DNA of 64,000 nt, taken from assembly GCA_964575955.1 (NCBI GenBank), contig CAZNTG010000003.1, positions 64,001-128,000 on the forward strand, read 5' to 3'. Position numbers and translations under genes: made by a program. This document shows, in pieces, positions 29,373-39,396 of the stretch. The stretch is from an uncultured Thermoproteaceae archaeon. GTDB taxonomy: Archaea; Thermoproteota; Thermoprotei; Thermoproteales; Thermocladiaceae. A model generated the notes under the pieces. That model saw only the letters and a program-made list of their open reading frames with translations, was not told the origin of the DNA and made no database searches. The stretch's first letter is position 1. Each line of letters opens with the position of its first letter.

Positions 29373-30338
29373 ATGTTTACTGTAGTTGACCTATTCTGTG
29401 GTGCTGGTGGTTTTAGTCGTGGATTTAGAGATGTTGGTTTTAAAGTGAAGCTTGGTGTTGATATTGATCCAATATGTGTTAAAACTTTCAGTTTCAACTT
29501 CCCTGAAAGTATTGTTCTTCAATGTGATATTAGAGAATTGACAGGTAGAGACATAATTAGACTTGTAGGTAAAGTTCCTGACGTTATTATTGGTGGTAGT
29601 CCCTGTGAACCATTTACAGCTGTCAATCCTAGAAGGATGGAAGATCCATTAGATAGACTATATGTTGATGAGCTTGGTCAACTCACACTTCACTTTATAC
29701 GTATTGTTGGTGAAATTCAACCTAGAGTATTTGTATTAGAAAATGTTCCAGAACTTTCACAAGAACCGTTGAGGTCTGCTATTAAAGAAGAATTTTCTAG
29801 AGTTGGATATTCAAAAATATTTTTCAATATCTTAAGAGCTGAGCACTACGGTACTCCAAGTGTTAGAAGGAGAGTTTTTATAAGCAATATTGAACTAAGA
29901 CCTGAGAGGGTTAGAAAAATTAAGACTGTGTGGGATGCTATTGGTGATTTACCACCACCAGATTCTGCACCTATTCCTAACCATGAGTATGTTCATATTA
30001 GTGAGAAGAAGCTTAGAAAGATTAGAAAATTAAGATTTAATGAAGCATTATTAAAATTTAGAGGTCATGAAGGTATGTTTAGAAATTTTGTAAGATTAGA
30101 TCCTAACAAACCTGCACCAACAGTTATGGGATGTTCGAGATTTATACACCCATACGAGGATAGATTACTAACAGTTAGGGAACAAGCTAGACTTCAAGGA
30201 TTTCCTGATGATCATGTATTTCTAGGTCCAAAAGATGCACAGTTTAATCAGGTTGGTGAAGCTGTGCCTGTTCCACTTGCTAGAGCAATTGCAAGATGTG
30301 TTAAAAAGTTCCTAGTTGAATCTGATCATAGTGTTTAA
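29373..30338 (+). CDS. C5 cytosine DNA methyltransferase
   Basis: DLFCGAGG (motif I), GSPC (IV), ENV (VI), RRRVF (VIII), REQARLQGFPD (IX). Confidence 0.93.
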   Translation: MFTVVDLFCGAGGFSRGFRDVGFKVKLGVDIDPICVKTFSFNFPESIVLQCDIRELTGRDIIRLVGKVPDVIIGGSPCEPFTAVNPRRMEDPLDRLYVDELGQLTLHFIRIVGEIQPRVFVLENVPELSQEPLRSAIKEEFSRVGYSKIFFNILRAEHYGTPSVRRRVFISNIELRPERVRKIKTVWDAIGDLPPPDSAPIPNHEYVHISEKKLRKIRKLRFNEALLKFRGHEGMFRNFVRLDPNKPAPTVMGCSRFIHPYEDRLLTVREQARLQGFPDDHVFLGPKDAQFNQVGEAVPVPLARAIARCVKKFLVESDHSV

Positions 30339-30460
30339 TTAAGTCATGAAATGCAGCGAGGAAAATATTTAAATAAGATACACGATATTAAGAAGGGGGA
30401 CCCACCATTGTAATATATGTATCACCAGAGAGGAAAGCAGCAGAAAAGTCACTTGCAGCA

Positions 30461-30814
30461 GTGTTAAAAGAGTTAATGTTTCGAGAGCTCATAGATGGTG
30501 ATGCTATAATAGGTGCAGTAGTCCTTGATGCATCAGGATCGCCAATAGTACATCATCTACCAAACACATTGACAATGAAGTCAATACGAAATCTCTCACC
30601 AATAACAGAGATTGTTGATAGAGCTAAGAAGATAAGTGATGATCTGTTAGGAAAGTTCAACTATGCAGTATTCCACTTTGCAAACTTTAAAGTAGCATTT
30701 TTCGATGTTAATGGTAAGGGAACATTAATAATATTTGTAAATCCTGTGTGGCATATTGAAAATCTAGTAACTAAAATTAAACAGTTCTTAGTGAAGCTAG
30801 CAAGATTTATATAA
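30461..30814 (+). CDS. Roadblock/LC7-like protein (start may lie further upstream)
   Basis: IIGAVVLDASGSPIVHHLP and a helix-strand arrangement typical of the roadblock/profilin-like fold. Confidence 0.6.
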   Translation: MLKELMFRELIDGDAIIGAVVLDASGSPIVHHLPNTLTMKSIRNLSPITEIVDRAKKISDDLLGKFNYAVFHFANFKVAFFDVNGKGTLIIFVNPVWHIENLVTKIKQFLVKLARFI

Positions 30815-30852
30815 CACGTAGACTTCTATTAAAAGGCGTTATTAAAGAGTAT

Positions 30853-32091
30853 CTATTTTCCTCTTCCTAATCTCTCATGTGCTCTTGCTAATTCATTTCT
30901 TGCAAATGCTATAAGTAGATTTAACTCTCCTGCAAGTACTGCAGCACCTATAATTTCTGCAAATTTTAGAGCATTAGTACCGGGGGGATTTCCTGATCCA
31001 GCAACTCCAAGTATTTTTAACGCTTCTTGCTGTGTTGGTAATCTTGTACCACCACCAACAGTTCCAACTTCTAGACTTGGTAATGTTATTGTGAAGTAGA
31101 GATTTCCTTCTCTATCAACTTCTGCCCATGTAAATCCCATGCTTGACTCAACTATCTGTGCAACATCCTGTCCTGTTGCTATAAATATTGCAGCTATAAT
31201 ATTTGCAAAATGTGCATTAAATCCATAAGATGCTGCATATGCTGATCCTAGAAGATTTTTTCTATGTACAATATCTACAACATCTTCTGGTTTTATATTA
31301 AACTTCTCCTCTAGATACTTTCTAGATATTCTAGCTTCTGCAATTACAGTCTTACCTCTACCAAGTATGAGATTTAGTGCATTTGGCTTTTTATCAACAC
31401 ACATATTTCCACTAAGTGCTACAAGTCTTGCTTTTGGAAAGTTCTCAATTATGTATCTTACAGCTCTATCTACAGCTATTGTAACCATATTCATACCCAT
31501 TGCATCCCCTGTTGTGAATTTGAATCTAAGCCATACATTATTTCCCATAATATACTTCTCTATATCTATCAACTTTGCATGTCTACTTGTTGATTCAGCT
31601 ATCTTTTTTATATCATTAAAATTCTTATCAATCCATTCTAAGAATTCTAATGCGTCTAAGATACTTTCAAATGAGAATACTGGTGCTCTTGACATGAAAT
31701 CTTTAATAACTCTAACATTTACACCACCATTATCTGTAACAATTTTACAACCTCTATTTACAGATGCTACAAGTGCACCTTCAGTTGTTGCTAGTGGTAT
31801 GTAGTATAGACCTTTAGCATATTCACCATTTATGAGTAGTGGTCCTGCAATTCCTAGCGGTATCTGTACTACACCTATAGTATTTTCACAATTTTTACCA
31901 ACAACATCATTAAAATCTATACTATAACTTCCAATGTGTTTTAACTCAACATTACATAACTTCTCTATTACTCTCCTTCTTACATATGTTGCGGAGTTTG
32001 AATTTTTTAATATATTGTCAAGTTCGTGCATCTTAACCTTGCCATTTAGCACATCTTCAATAAGCTTCTCCATCATACTTACCGGTTCCAT
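30853..32091 (-). CDS. hmgA: HMG-CoA reductase (class I, NADPH)
   Basis: ENTIG, ATTEGALVAS, DAMGMNM, GTVGGGT, AH. Confidence 0.96.
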   Translation of the reverse strand: MEPVSMMEKLIEDVLNGKVKMHELDNILKNSNSATYVRRRVIEKLCNVELKHIGSYSIDFNDVVGKNCENTIGVVQIPLGIAGPLLINGEYAKGLYYIPLATTEGALVASVNRGCKIVTDNGGVNVRVIKDFMSRAPVFSFESILDALEFLEWIDKNFNDIKKIAESTSRHAKLIDIEKYIMGNNVWLRFKFTTGDAMGMNMVTIAVDRAVRYIIENFPKARLVALSGNMCVDKKPNALNLILGRGKTVIAEARISRKYLEEKFNIKPEDVVDIVHRKNLLGSAYAASYGFNAHFANIIAAIFIATGQDVAQIVESSMGFTWAEVDREGNLYFTITLPSLEVGTVGGGTRLPTQQEALKILGVAGSGNPPGTNALKFAEIIGAAVLAGELNLLIAFARNELARAHERLGRGK

Positions 32092-32142
32092 ATGTAGACT
32101 TTTTAAGAGAATAGTTATATTCGATTTTTCTAGTCACAAACT

Positions 32143-33270
32143 ATGCAGAAAGTCTATGTTAAGTCTATATCAGTAATTACTGCAGGTAGACACTATGATA
32201 AAGGTTTGAGAGAACTTGCAGGTAGAGTGCTTATAGATGCATTAGAGAAGTGTGGTGACTATGATCTTGACTATGTTATTCTTGCTTCAGCATTTTCAGA
32301 AGTTGTCGAAGAACAACTTCTCTCTTCAAGCTATGTGTGTGAGTATGTTAGTCTAGAACATGTTCCAAATATTAGAATAGAGCTTGGAGATGCTTCTAGC
32401 TGTGCAGCTATTGGATATGCATATCAACTTATAAAGTCTGGTCATGCTAATAAGATTGCTGTAGTTGGTGTTGACAAGATTGCAGATTTTATAAGTGTTA
32501 AAATTAGTAAAGTACTATCACATCTATGCGATTCCACATACGAGTCTTATTATGGTGTAACACCTGCTGTACATGCAGCATTAATGACTAAGAGATACAT
32601 GGAGAAGTATGGATGCAGTTATGAGGATATTGCTATGTGGAGTGTGAAAATGCATGAGCATGGTAGTAAGAATCCATATGCTGCAATGAGAAGAAAACTA
32701 TCTATCAGGGATATTATGAATAGTGAAGTTGTCTCTGATCCAATAAGACTTTTTGATACTGCATTACCACTAGATGGAGCTTCATGTATAGTATTAAGTT
32801 CAGAACCTAGTAAGGAGTTTAAGATTAGTATTGAATATTTTAGAACTGTATCTTACAACACTCCAATAACTATGAGAGAAGATTTGACAAGATTATACAC
32901 ATTAGAGAAGTGTAGAGATGTTGTTAGTAAATTTTCACCAACAATATTTGAAGTATGTGATAAGTTTAGCATATTTGGAATATTGAGTATAGAATCTCTA
33001 GGTCTATGTGAATATGGTAAAGCTTTCAAACTAGTAGCCGATGGCAGGTTTGATCCTGGGAGTGATATTGTAGTTAATGCTAGTGGAGGATTGAAATGTC
33101 TTGGATATACTGGTGGTGCATGTGGTATGTATCTCACAGCTATGTTAGTGATGGAACTTCTACAGTTAGAACCATTTAAAGATGTTGGTGATCATGATGT
33201 TGGACTTGTATGTGATATTGGTGGGTCTGATAGAGTGAGTAACGTATTAATTCTTAGACGAGAGTCGTAA
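32143..33270 (+). CDS. Thiolase-family protein, catalytic residues substituted
   Basis: Thiolase layout (KNPYA, DGASCIVL, VNASGGLK); ELGDASS in place of E-x-A-C-A-S-G; in an operon with DUF35 and HMG-CoA synthase. Confidence 0.85.
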   Translation: MQKVYVKSISVITAGRHYDKGLRELAGRVLIDALEKCGDYDLDYVILASAFSEVVEEQLLSSSYVCEYVSLEHVPNIRIELGDASSCAAIGYAYQLIKSGHANKIAVVGVDKIADFISVKISKVLSHLCDSTYESYYGVTPAVHAALMTKRYMEKYGCSYEDIAMWSVKMHEHGSKNPYAAMRRKLSIRDIMNSEVVSDPIRLFDTALPLDGASCIVLSSEPSKEFKISIEYFRTVSYNTPITMREDLTRLYTLEKCRDVVSKFSPTIFEVCDKFSIFGILSIESLGLCEYGKAFKLVADGRFDPGSDIVVNASGGLKCLGYTGGACGMYLTAMLVMELLQLEPFKDVGDHDVGLVCDIGGSDRVSNVLILRRES

Positions 33271-33273
33271 GTC

Positions 33274-33699
33274 GTGCCAGACTATTCAATACCTGTACCT
33301 AGATATTGGAGAAGGATTGGTGAATATTATAGACTTGAAGCTTCTAGATGTTTAAAATGTGGAAAAGTATACTATCCGCCTAGAGCTAGATGTTCTTGTG
33401 GTAGTACAAGTTTAGAGAAGATTAGTCTACTAGATGGCAATTTTATACTTAGAGAATTTACAGTTCTACATTCAGTTCCTGTAGATTTTGAAAAACAGAA
33501 ACCTATAATTCATGGAATTGTTGAGAATGTTAATATGAATATTAGATTAATAACTCAAATATCTGACGTATTAGACATATCTAAACTTCATAAAGATATA
33601 CCTGTTGAACCAATATTTAGAGTTGTTAAGAGAGATGGTAATATTGGAATAATATGTTATGGTACAAAATTTAGACCTAAATCTATCGAAGGTGTGTAA
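33274..33699 (+). CDS. DUF35 Zn-ribbon/OB-fold protein
   Basis: [27 protein letters not shown]. Confidence 0.9.
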   Translation: MPDYSIPVPRYWRRIGEYYRLEASRCLKCGKVYYPPRARCSCGSTSLEKISLLDGNFILREFTVLHSVPVDFEKQKPIIHGIVENVNMNIRLITQISDVLDISKLHKDIPVEPIFRVVKRDGNIGIICYGTKFRPKSIEGV

Positions 33700-33701
33700 G
33701 T

Positions 33702-34748
33702 ATGAGTTTTGGAATATCTGGATGGGGATGTTACATACCTAGGTATAGGATAACTACTAGAGAGATTGCTAGAGTGTGGGGTGATGATCCATTAAGAATT
33801 CGTGATCTATACTTAATTGAGGAGAAGACTGTTGAAAACTATGATGAAGATGCAGTTACAATGGCTGTTGAAGCTTCTAGAAGAGCTATTGTTAGAGCTG
33901 GAATATCTCCAAAAGATATTGATGCAATACTTGTAGGTACTGAATCTAAACCCTACGCTGTTAAACCTATAGCGTCAATACTTATAGATGCTTTAGGAGC
34001 TAGATATAATGTTCAAGCTGTTGATTCAGAATTTGCATGTAAAGCTGCTTCAGATATGATGATTTTAGCATATCTAAGTGTTAGAGAGGGTAAGTATAGT
34101 AATGTTCTTGTAGTTGCTACAGATGCTAGTCAGGGAGAGCCTGGTGAACATCTTGACTATAGTGCAAGTGCTGGTGCAGCCGCATTTATAATATCTAGAA
34201 ACGATGTATGTGCAGTAATAGAAGACTTCTACTCATACTGTTCAGATACTCCAGACTTCTGGAGAAGAGATGGTTGTCTATTTCCAGTTCATGGTGAAGG
34301 ATTTACAGGTGAGCCAGCATATTTTAGACATATAATATCTGCAGCTAGAGGATTGATGGAGAAGATGGGTCTTAAACCATCAGATTTTGACTACGTCATA
34401 ATACATCAGCCAAATGCTAGATTTCCTGTACGTGCAGCATCTATACTTGGTTTTCCAATTGAGAAGGTAAAGCCTGGTCTTGTAGTTGATAGAATTGGAA
34501 ATACGTATAATGCATCTGCACTTCTAGGACTTGTAAATGTTCTAGATATAGCAAAACCTGGATCTAGAATACTGCTAGTGACTTATGGTAGTGGTGCTGG
34601 ATCTAACGCATTTAGCATATATGTTACTGATAAGATTGAAGAGAGGAGAGGTAGAGTTGAAACACTTCAAGAAATGTTGAAAATGAAGATATATGTTGAC
34701 TATTCACTATATTCGAGATTTAGAAAGCTTATAAAAATGTTACAGTGA
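33702..34748 (+). CDS. Hydroxymethylglutaryl-CoA synthase
   Basis: [14 protein letters not shown] catalytic Cys, [19 protein letters not shown]. Confidence 0.95.
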   Translation: MSFGISGWGCYIPRYRITTREIARVWGDDPLRIRDLYLIEEKTVENYDEDAVTMAVEASRRAIVRAGISPKDIDAILVGTESKPYAVKPIASILIDALGARYNVQAVDSEFACKAASDMMILAYLSVREGKYSNVLVVATDASQGEPGEHLDYSASAGAAAFIISRNDVCAVIEDFYSYCSDTPDFWRRDGCLFPVHGEGFTGEPAYFRHIISAARGLMEKMGLKPSDFDYVIIHQPNARFPVRAASILGFPIEKVKPGLVVDRIGNTYNASALLGLVNVLDIAKPGSRILLVTYGSGAGSNAFSIYVTDKIEERRGRVETLQEMLKMKIYVDYSLYSRFRKLIKMLQ

Positions 34749-34841
34749 CAATCAAGTCCTTAAATATACACATTATTCAAACATAGACCTCACGTAGTTA
34801 TTTTAAAAATCCAGATCTTAAAATAGTAATAGTGGATAAAC

Positions 34842-35147
34842 ATGCCTAGAAGACAGACATCTAAGGTAATTGAAAGGAAGAAACAGATACTCGAACTACT
34901 ACTAAAAGAAGGTGAATTACCAACAAATGAGATTGTTAGAAGAACTGGACTAAGCCATAGTCAAGTATTCTATGCATTGAAACTACTACAGAGAGATGGT
35001 CTTGTAAAAGAGATCAAGAGAGGAAAAGTAGCATATTGGAGAGCTTCTGAAAACGTAACTCCAGAACTATTACAAAGACTCTCATCATCTGATGGTGGTG
35101 AAGTTAGAGAGGAAGGTTCTGAAAGTGAAGAGTCAGGAGAGTTATAG
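34842..35147 (+). CDS. Winged-helix DNA-binding protein
   Basis: GELPTNEIVRRTGLSHSQVFYALKLLQRDGLV...GKVAYW. Confidence 0.85.
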   Translation: MPRRQTSKVIERKKQILELLLKEGELPTNEIVRRTGLSHSQVFYALKLLQRDGLVKEIKRGKVAYWRASENVTPELLQRLSSSDGGEVREEGSESEESGEL

Positions 35148-35189
35148 TAGGAGAAGATTAATTAACCATGATTAAAACTATTAACAAGA

Positions 35190-35239
35190 TTGATGAGGCG
35201 AGGCAGCGCCCGAGAGATGAGGAGCCTGTCTCACACTGA
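35190..35239 (+). ncRNA. Box C/D guide sRNA
   Basis: TTGATGA-ggcgaggcagcgc-CCGA-gag-ATGAGGA-gcctgtctcaca-CTGA. The D guide is complementary to the conserved 23S GUGAGACAG segment (from recall). Confidence 0.82.
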
Positions 35240-35915
35240 TCAAGATGTCTCATCATTACTAAAATTCACACCATATGTACTTGCATTAATGAGACTTAGA
35301 ATAACTGAGGACTCTTATAGAGAATTATCATTAAATGATTTAGCTAAAATACTCTCAACAACTGTACAAAATGCACATAGAATTGTTAAGAAGCTTGAAG
35401 AGGAGAATATTATTGAGAGAAATGGTAAATTAGTAAAATTTTCAATTAGAGGTCAACAGGTAGTTAAATATATAATAAACACAGTTAAGCAATATCTAGA
35501 AGATATGACAATAATAGAATTAGCAGGTACTGTAGTTTCAGGACTTGGAGAAGGGAGGTATTATATGAGTATTGAAGAGTACAGGACGCAGTTTAAAGAG
35601 AAGCTTGGATTTGAACCATATCCAGGAACACTAAATGTTAAATTATACCCTGACTATATTAAAAATAGACTACTACTATCAAAACTTCCAGGAATTATGA
35701 TTCACGGATTTGAGAAAAATGGAAGAAAATTTGGAAGTGTAAAATGTTTTAAAGCAAGAATTGAAAATTTTGAAAATATACCATGTGCAGTATTGATAAT
35801 AGAGAAGACTCATCATGGACCTGAAATTATTGAAGTCATAGCTCCTGTAAAACTTAGAGATGAGTTAAAGCTTGTAGATGGATCACCAATAAAGATTAGA
35901 GTATTCATAGACTAG
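35217..35915 (+). CDS. ribK: CTP-dependent riboflavin kinase with N-terminal HTH (start uncertain: 35217 or 35289)
   Basis: GTVVSGLGEGRYY, FEPYPGTLN, EVIAPVKLR. Confidence 0.92.
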   Translation: MRSLSHTDQDVSSLLKFTPYVLALMRLRITEDSYRELSLNDLAKILSTTVQNAHRIVKKLEEENIIERNGKLVKFSIRGQQVVKYIINTVKQYLEDMTIIELAGTVVSGLGEGRYYMSIEEYRTQFKEKLGFEPYPGTLNVKLYPDYIKNRLLLSKLPGIMIHGFEKNGRKFGSVKCFKARIENFENIPCAVLIIEKTHHGPEIIEVIAPVKLRDELKLVDGSPIKIRVFID

Positions 35916-35919
35916 TACT

Positions 35920-36009
35920 TGGCGCCGGGGGTGGGATTTGAACCCACGCCCCCTGTACGGGGACGGGATCTCGAGTCCCGCGCCTTGGGCCTGGCTCGGC
36001 CACCCCGGC
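35920..36009 (-). tRNA. tRNA-Ser(CGA)
   Basis: GCCGGGG acceptor stem, anticodon arm cggga-CTCGAGA-tcccg, long variable arm, GTTCAAATCC T-loop, G discriminator, encoded CCA. Confidence 0.95.
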
Positions 36010-37011
36010 TTAGATACCTTTTAGCTGTCTAGCTATTTCTGATATGTGACTTATAGCTTTTTTCTTATCTTTCCCCAATGGTGATCCTAGTATTATATGT
36101 CTAACTCCTATCTTAACTATCTTCTCAATTTTGTTTAAACACTCTTCTGGTGTTCCAACTATTGCTAATTTATTAACATCTTCTTCATTTATAATTTTAC
36201 ATGCTTCTAATATATTTCCTCTAGATATTTCATATCTAATTTTCTCAACTTTACTATAGTCCATTCCTATCTTTTCAACACTTTCTTTACTCATTCCTGA
36301 TAGTATATATGCAATTATTGGTTTTGCAGCTTCAATAGCTTCATTTCTATCTTCATCTACTGAGAAGCATGTACATACAGCTATGTCTATCTTATCTATA
36401 GATCTTCCACTTCTCTCTAAACCTTCTTCAACATATCTAACACATTCTCTAACATATTCAGGATCTGACGCATTTATTAGAACTCCATCACCAATCTCAC
36501 CGGCAAGTTTTAACATTTTTGGTGCTTGTGCACCAATGTATATTGGTACGTCTATTCTACTCTTAATATTTAATTTTGCATTTCTTAATTTAAATATCTC
36601 ACCTTCATAATTTAAAATTTCACAATTTAGAAGTCTTCTAATTATCTCAACACATTCTTTAACAGCTTTTAGAGGTTTTACTCTTTCAATACCTATAGAT
36701 TCTAATGTTGTTTTATCACCTGCACCTATACCGAGAATTATTCTACCTCTAGATAACTCTTGAAGTGTTGCAACAGCACTTGCAGTCCATGCAGGATGTA
36801 CAACATATGGATTTGTTACACCAATACCCAACATTATCTTCTCAGTATTTAATGTTAGCAATGTTAAAGTTATATAGACATTCTTATTATAGTAGTGGTC
36901 TGTAACCCATATTGAATCTAGATTGGACTCTTCACAAAGTTTAGCAATATTAACAATTTTCTCTAAGTTTCCTATTGGTAAAATTTCAATTCCAATCTTT
37001 ATAGATTTCAT
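36010..37011 (-). CDS. F420-dependent LLM oxidoreductase, methylene-H4MPT reductase (Mer)-like
   Basis: WVTDHY, GVTNPY, LGIGAGD, IYIGAQAPKML, DGVLINAS, GSPLG. Confidence 0.85.
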   Translation of the reverse strand: MKSIKIGIEILPIGNLEKIVNIAKLCEESNLDSIWVTDHYYNKNVYITLTLLTLNTEKIMLGIGVTNPYVVHPAWTASAVATLQELSRGRIILGIGAGDKTTLESIGIERVKPLKAVKECVEIIRRLLNCEILNYEGEIFKLRNAKLNIKSRIDVPIYIGAQAPKMLKLAGEIGDGVLINASDPEYVRECVRYVEEGLERSGRSIDKIDIAVCTCFSVDEDRNEAIEAAKPIIAYILSGMSKESVEKIGMDYSKVEKIRYEISRGNILEACKIINEEDVNKLAIVGTPEECLNKIEKIVKIGVRHIILGSPLGKDKKKAISHISEIARQLKGI

Positions 37012-37048
37012 ACATATATAGAGACTATGTGCGATATTTCAATACGAC

Positions 37049-37621
37049 CTACCTCATTAAAGCTCTATGAATAAGCATTACTAGTTGAGATCTTTTAATA
37101 AGTTCATCAGATATGTCCACTGTATCTCCTATATTTCTATAGATTCTACATAGCATATACATGAGTAGGAAGTATGTTAACCATACTAGATAGTATACTA
37201 GAGTTCTAATCTTCTCATAATTTTCTTTCCACCATCTCATCTCACTACATTCATCAATCTCTAGACTAAGCACATCAACTTTACTAAGCATTCTAATACA
37301 GGATGCTGCATCTTTCTCAAGATTTTGTAATTCTTGTAGAAATCTTCCTTCATTAAATAATTTTAACGCATTTTCAAATGTTTGTTTTGCTTTTGATACT
37401 ATTTGTGAAAATTCATCCAAAATCTTATCAGTAAGTCTATGTAATCCTCTATTTTTTCTCTCCTCTTCTAAATACCTATCTACAATATCTTTTAAGGTAT
37501 TTACAATATCTTCAAATTCTCTACCTCTAGGCTTTATATTTATTCTTCTAAGAATCATTTCTAAATTATCTAGTATGTTATCTATGCAGAATATGAAATC
37601 TTTAATCTGTTTAACTGCCAT
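37049..37621 (-). CDS. Hypothetical helical protein
   Basis: 190 aa ORF in a co-oriented run. Confidence 0.6.
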   Translation of the reverse strand: MAVKQIKDFIFCIDNILDNLEMILRRINIKPRGREFEDIVNTLKDIVDRYLEEERKNRGLHRLTDKILDEFSQIVSKAKQTFENALKLFNEGRFLQELQNLEKDAASCIRMLSKVDVLSLEIDECSEMRWWKENYEKIRTLVYYLVWLTYFLLMYMLCRIYRNIGDTVDISDELIKRSQLVMLIHRALMR

Positions 37622-37623
37622 AT

Positions 37624-38889
37624 CTATCTCAATAATCTTAATGCAATATCTACATATATCTTTGAAGCATCTACAACATCTTTCAATCTTACATACTCGT
37701 CAGCCTTATGTGCAACATTTACATCACCAGGACCGTATGTCACAGCCTGTATTCCAACTTCTTGATAATATCTCGTGTCTAGACCACCTGTACATACAAC
37801 CTTTCTAACATCTATATTTAGAATATCTTTTATAGATTTTTCAAGTGTCTTAACAAGTTCTACATTTGGATTTACGATAGCTGGTGAAGATTTTTGTACT
37901 GTCTTAATATTTATTTGGATATTCATTTCTCTAGCTTTTGAATATAGATAGTTATATAATTCCTGCTCTACATCATCTACATTTTCTTCAGGTATTACTC
38001 TTCTATCTATTGAAAATGAGAAGTATCCTGTAACCATGTTTATCTTACCACAACTCTTTACATCACCTCCAAAAACTATTGTAGCTTTATTACCTCCTTC
38101 AATATCATACTCATACTTACTTACAACACTTTCAACCCTGCTTTTCAACTCGTCTATTATCTTGTTTAGAAATTTAATACCAATTTCAAATGCGTTTACT
38201 CCGAGCCATGGTGTAGCTGCATGTGCCTGTTTTCCAAATATCTCAACTATAAGCCATATCAATCCTTTATTTCCAATAACTATCTTATCTAGCCCCGTTG
38301 GTTCACATACAATTACGAAGTTTGGTCTAACTTTCATCTCTCTAACTAAGTATCCTGTTCCTGTAATTCCACCAATCTCTTCATCAGGAACTAGAGCTAT
38401 TTCAACTCTACCATTTAGAATATTTTCAAAATCTTTCAAGGCTAATAGCGTCAATATTGCTGATGTTATACCGCCCTTCATATCATCACTACCTCTACCA
38501 TATAGCTTATCGTCAATTATTACTGGTTTGAATGGGTCTGTAATAGTCCAACCTGTTCCTGGAGGTACAACATCATAATGACCATTTAGATGAAGTACTC
38601 TATCTCCAGATCCAACATTTGCAATAAGTATATATCTAGGATATTCTACATATTCAGGTATATGCTTTCTAACATACTCATCAGGAACTTTAATTATCTT
38701 TGAAGATATTCCATACTTACTTAATAGTTCTTTAACATAGTTACAAAATTCTAAGTATTTTTCACCAGGTGGGTTAACTGTTGGTATACTTACAAGATCT
38801 TTCAATATACTTTCAGCAATATTTTTCATATTTTCAATTTTTCTCAATATTTGATCTCTCTCAATCATGTATATATCTCTACTAACCAC
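37624..38889 (-). CDS. M20 family metallopeptidase/deacylase (ArgE/DapE-like)
   Basis: NGHYDVVP, GRGSDDMKGG, DEEIGG, EPT, AHKADE. Confidence 0.93.
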   Translation of the reverse strand: MVSRDIYMIERDQILRKIENMKNIAESILKDLVSIPTVNPPGEKYLEFCNYVKELLSKYGISSKIIKVPDEYVRKHIPEYVEYPRYILIANVGSGDRVLHLNGHYDVVPPGTGWTITDPFKPVIIDDKLYGRGSDDMKGGITSAILTLLALKDFENILNGRVEIALVPDEEIGGITGTGYLVREMKVRPNFVIVCEPTGLDKIVIGNKGLIWLIVEIFGKQAHAATPWLGVNAFEIGIKFLNKIIDELKSRVESVVSKYEYDIEGGNKATIVFGGDVKSCGKINMVTGYFSFSIDRRVIPEENVDDVEQELYNYLYSKAREMNIQINIKTVQKSSPAIVNPNVELVKTLEKSIKDILNIDVRKVVCTGGLDTRYYQEVGIQAVTYGPGDVNVAHKADEYVRLKDVVDASKIYVDIALRLLR

Positions 38890-39389
38890 TATTTTAACAT
38901 CTTATCTCTAATATTCTTGATATAAAGTTCGAATGTTTTTAATGCATAGTATTGATCTTCTGTTATTGACATATCTGGATTAATATTCATCATAATTCTT
39001 AAAGCTTCTTCACATTCTAAATTGTTTGAATATATTAAGTATGCTGATAGTACTGTTGGTGTTCTTCCAAGTCCACCAACACAGTGTACATATACTCTAT
39101 ATCCATCTTGTATAGATTTTTCGATCTTCTTACATATGTCTAGTAGTGTATATTCATCAGGTGAATATCCATCTTTTGTTGGATATCTATATATTTTCAT
39201 ATCTAAATTCTCAACTATTCTATATACATCATCTATAGACATATCTGCATAATATTCATATTCCCAATCTTCAACTAGTGATATTATTATCTTAATATTT
39301 AAATTTCTAAGTTTTTGATAATCATCTTTAAGTGGTATACATCCTCCAGCAACTTTATCATTAATCCAGTACATTCTTGGTAAGACCAT
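38889..39389 (-). CDS. Dual-specificity protein phosphatase
   Basis: VHCVGGLGRT (CX5R motif). Confidence 0.92.
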   Translation of the reverse strand: MVLPRMYWINDKVAGGCIPLKDDYQKLRNLNIKIIISLVEDWEYEYYADMSIDDVYRIVENLDMKIYRYPTKDGYSPDEYTLLDICKKIEKSIQDGYRVYVHCVGGLGRTPTVLSAYLIYSNNLECEEALRIMMNINPDMSITEDQYYALKTFELYIKNIRDKMLK

Positions 39390-39396
39390 ACTTATA

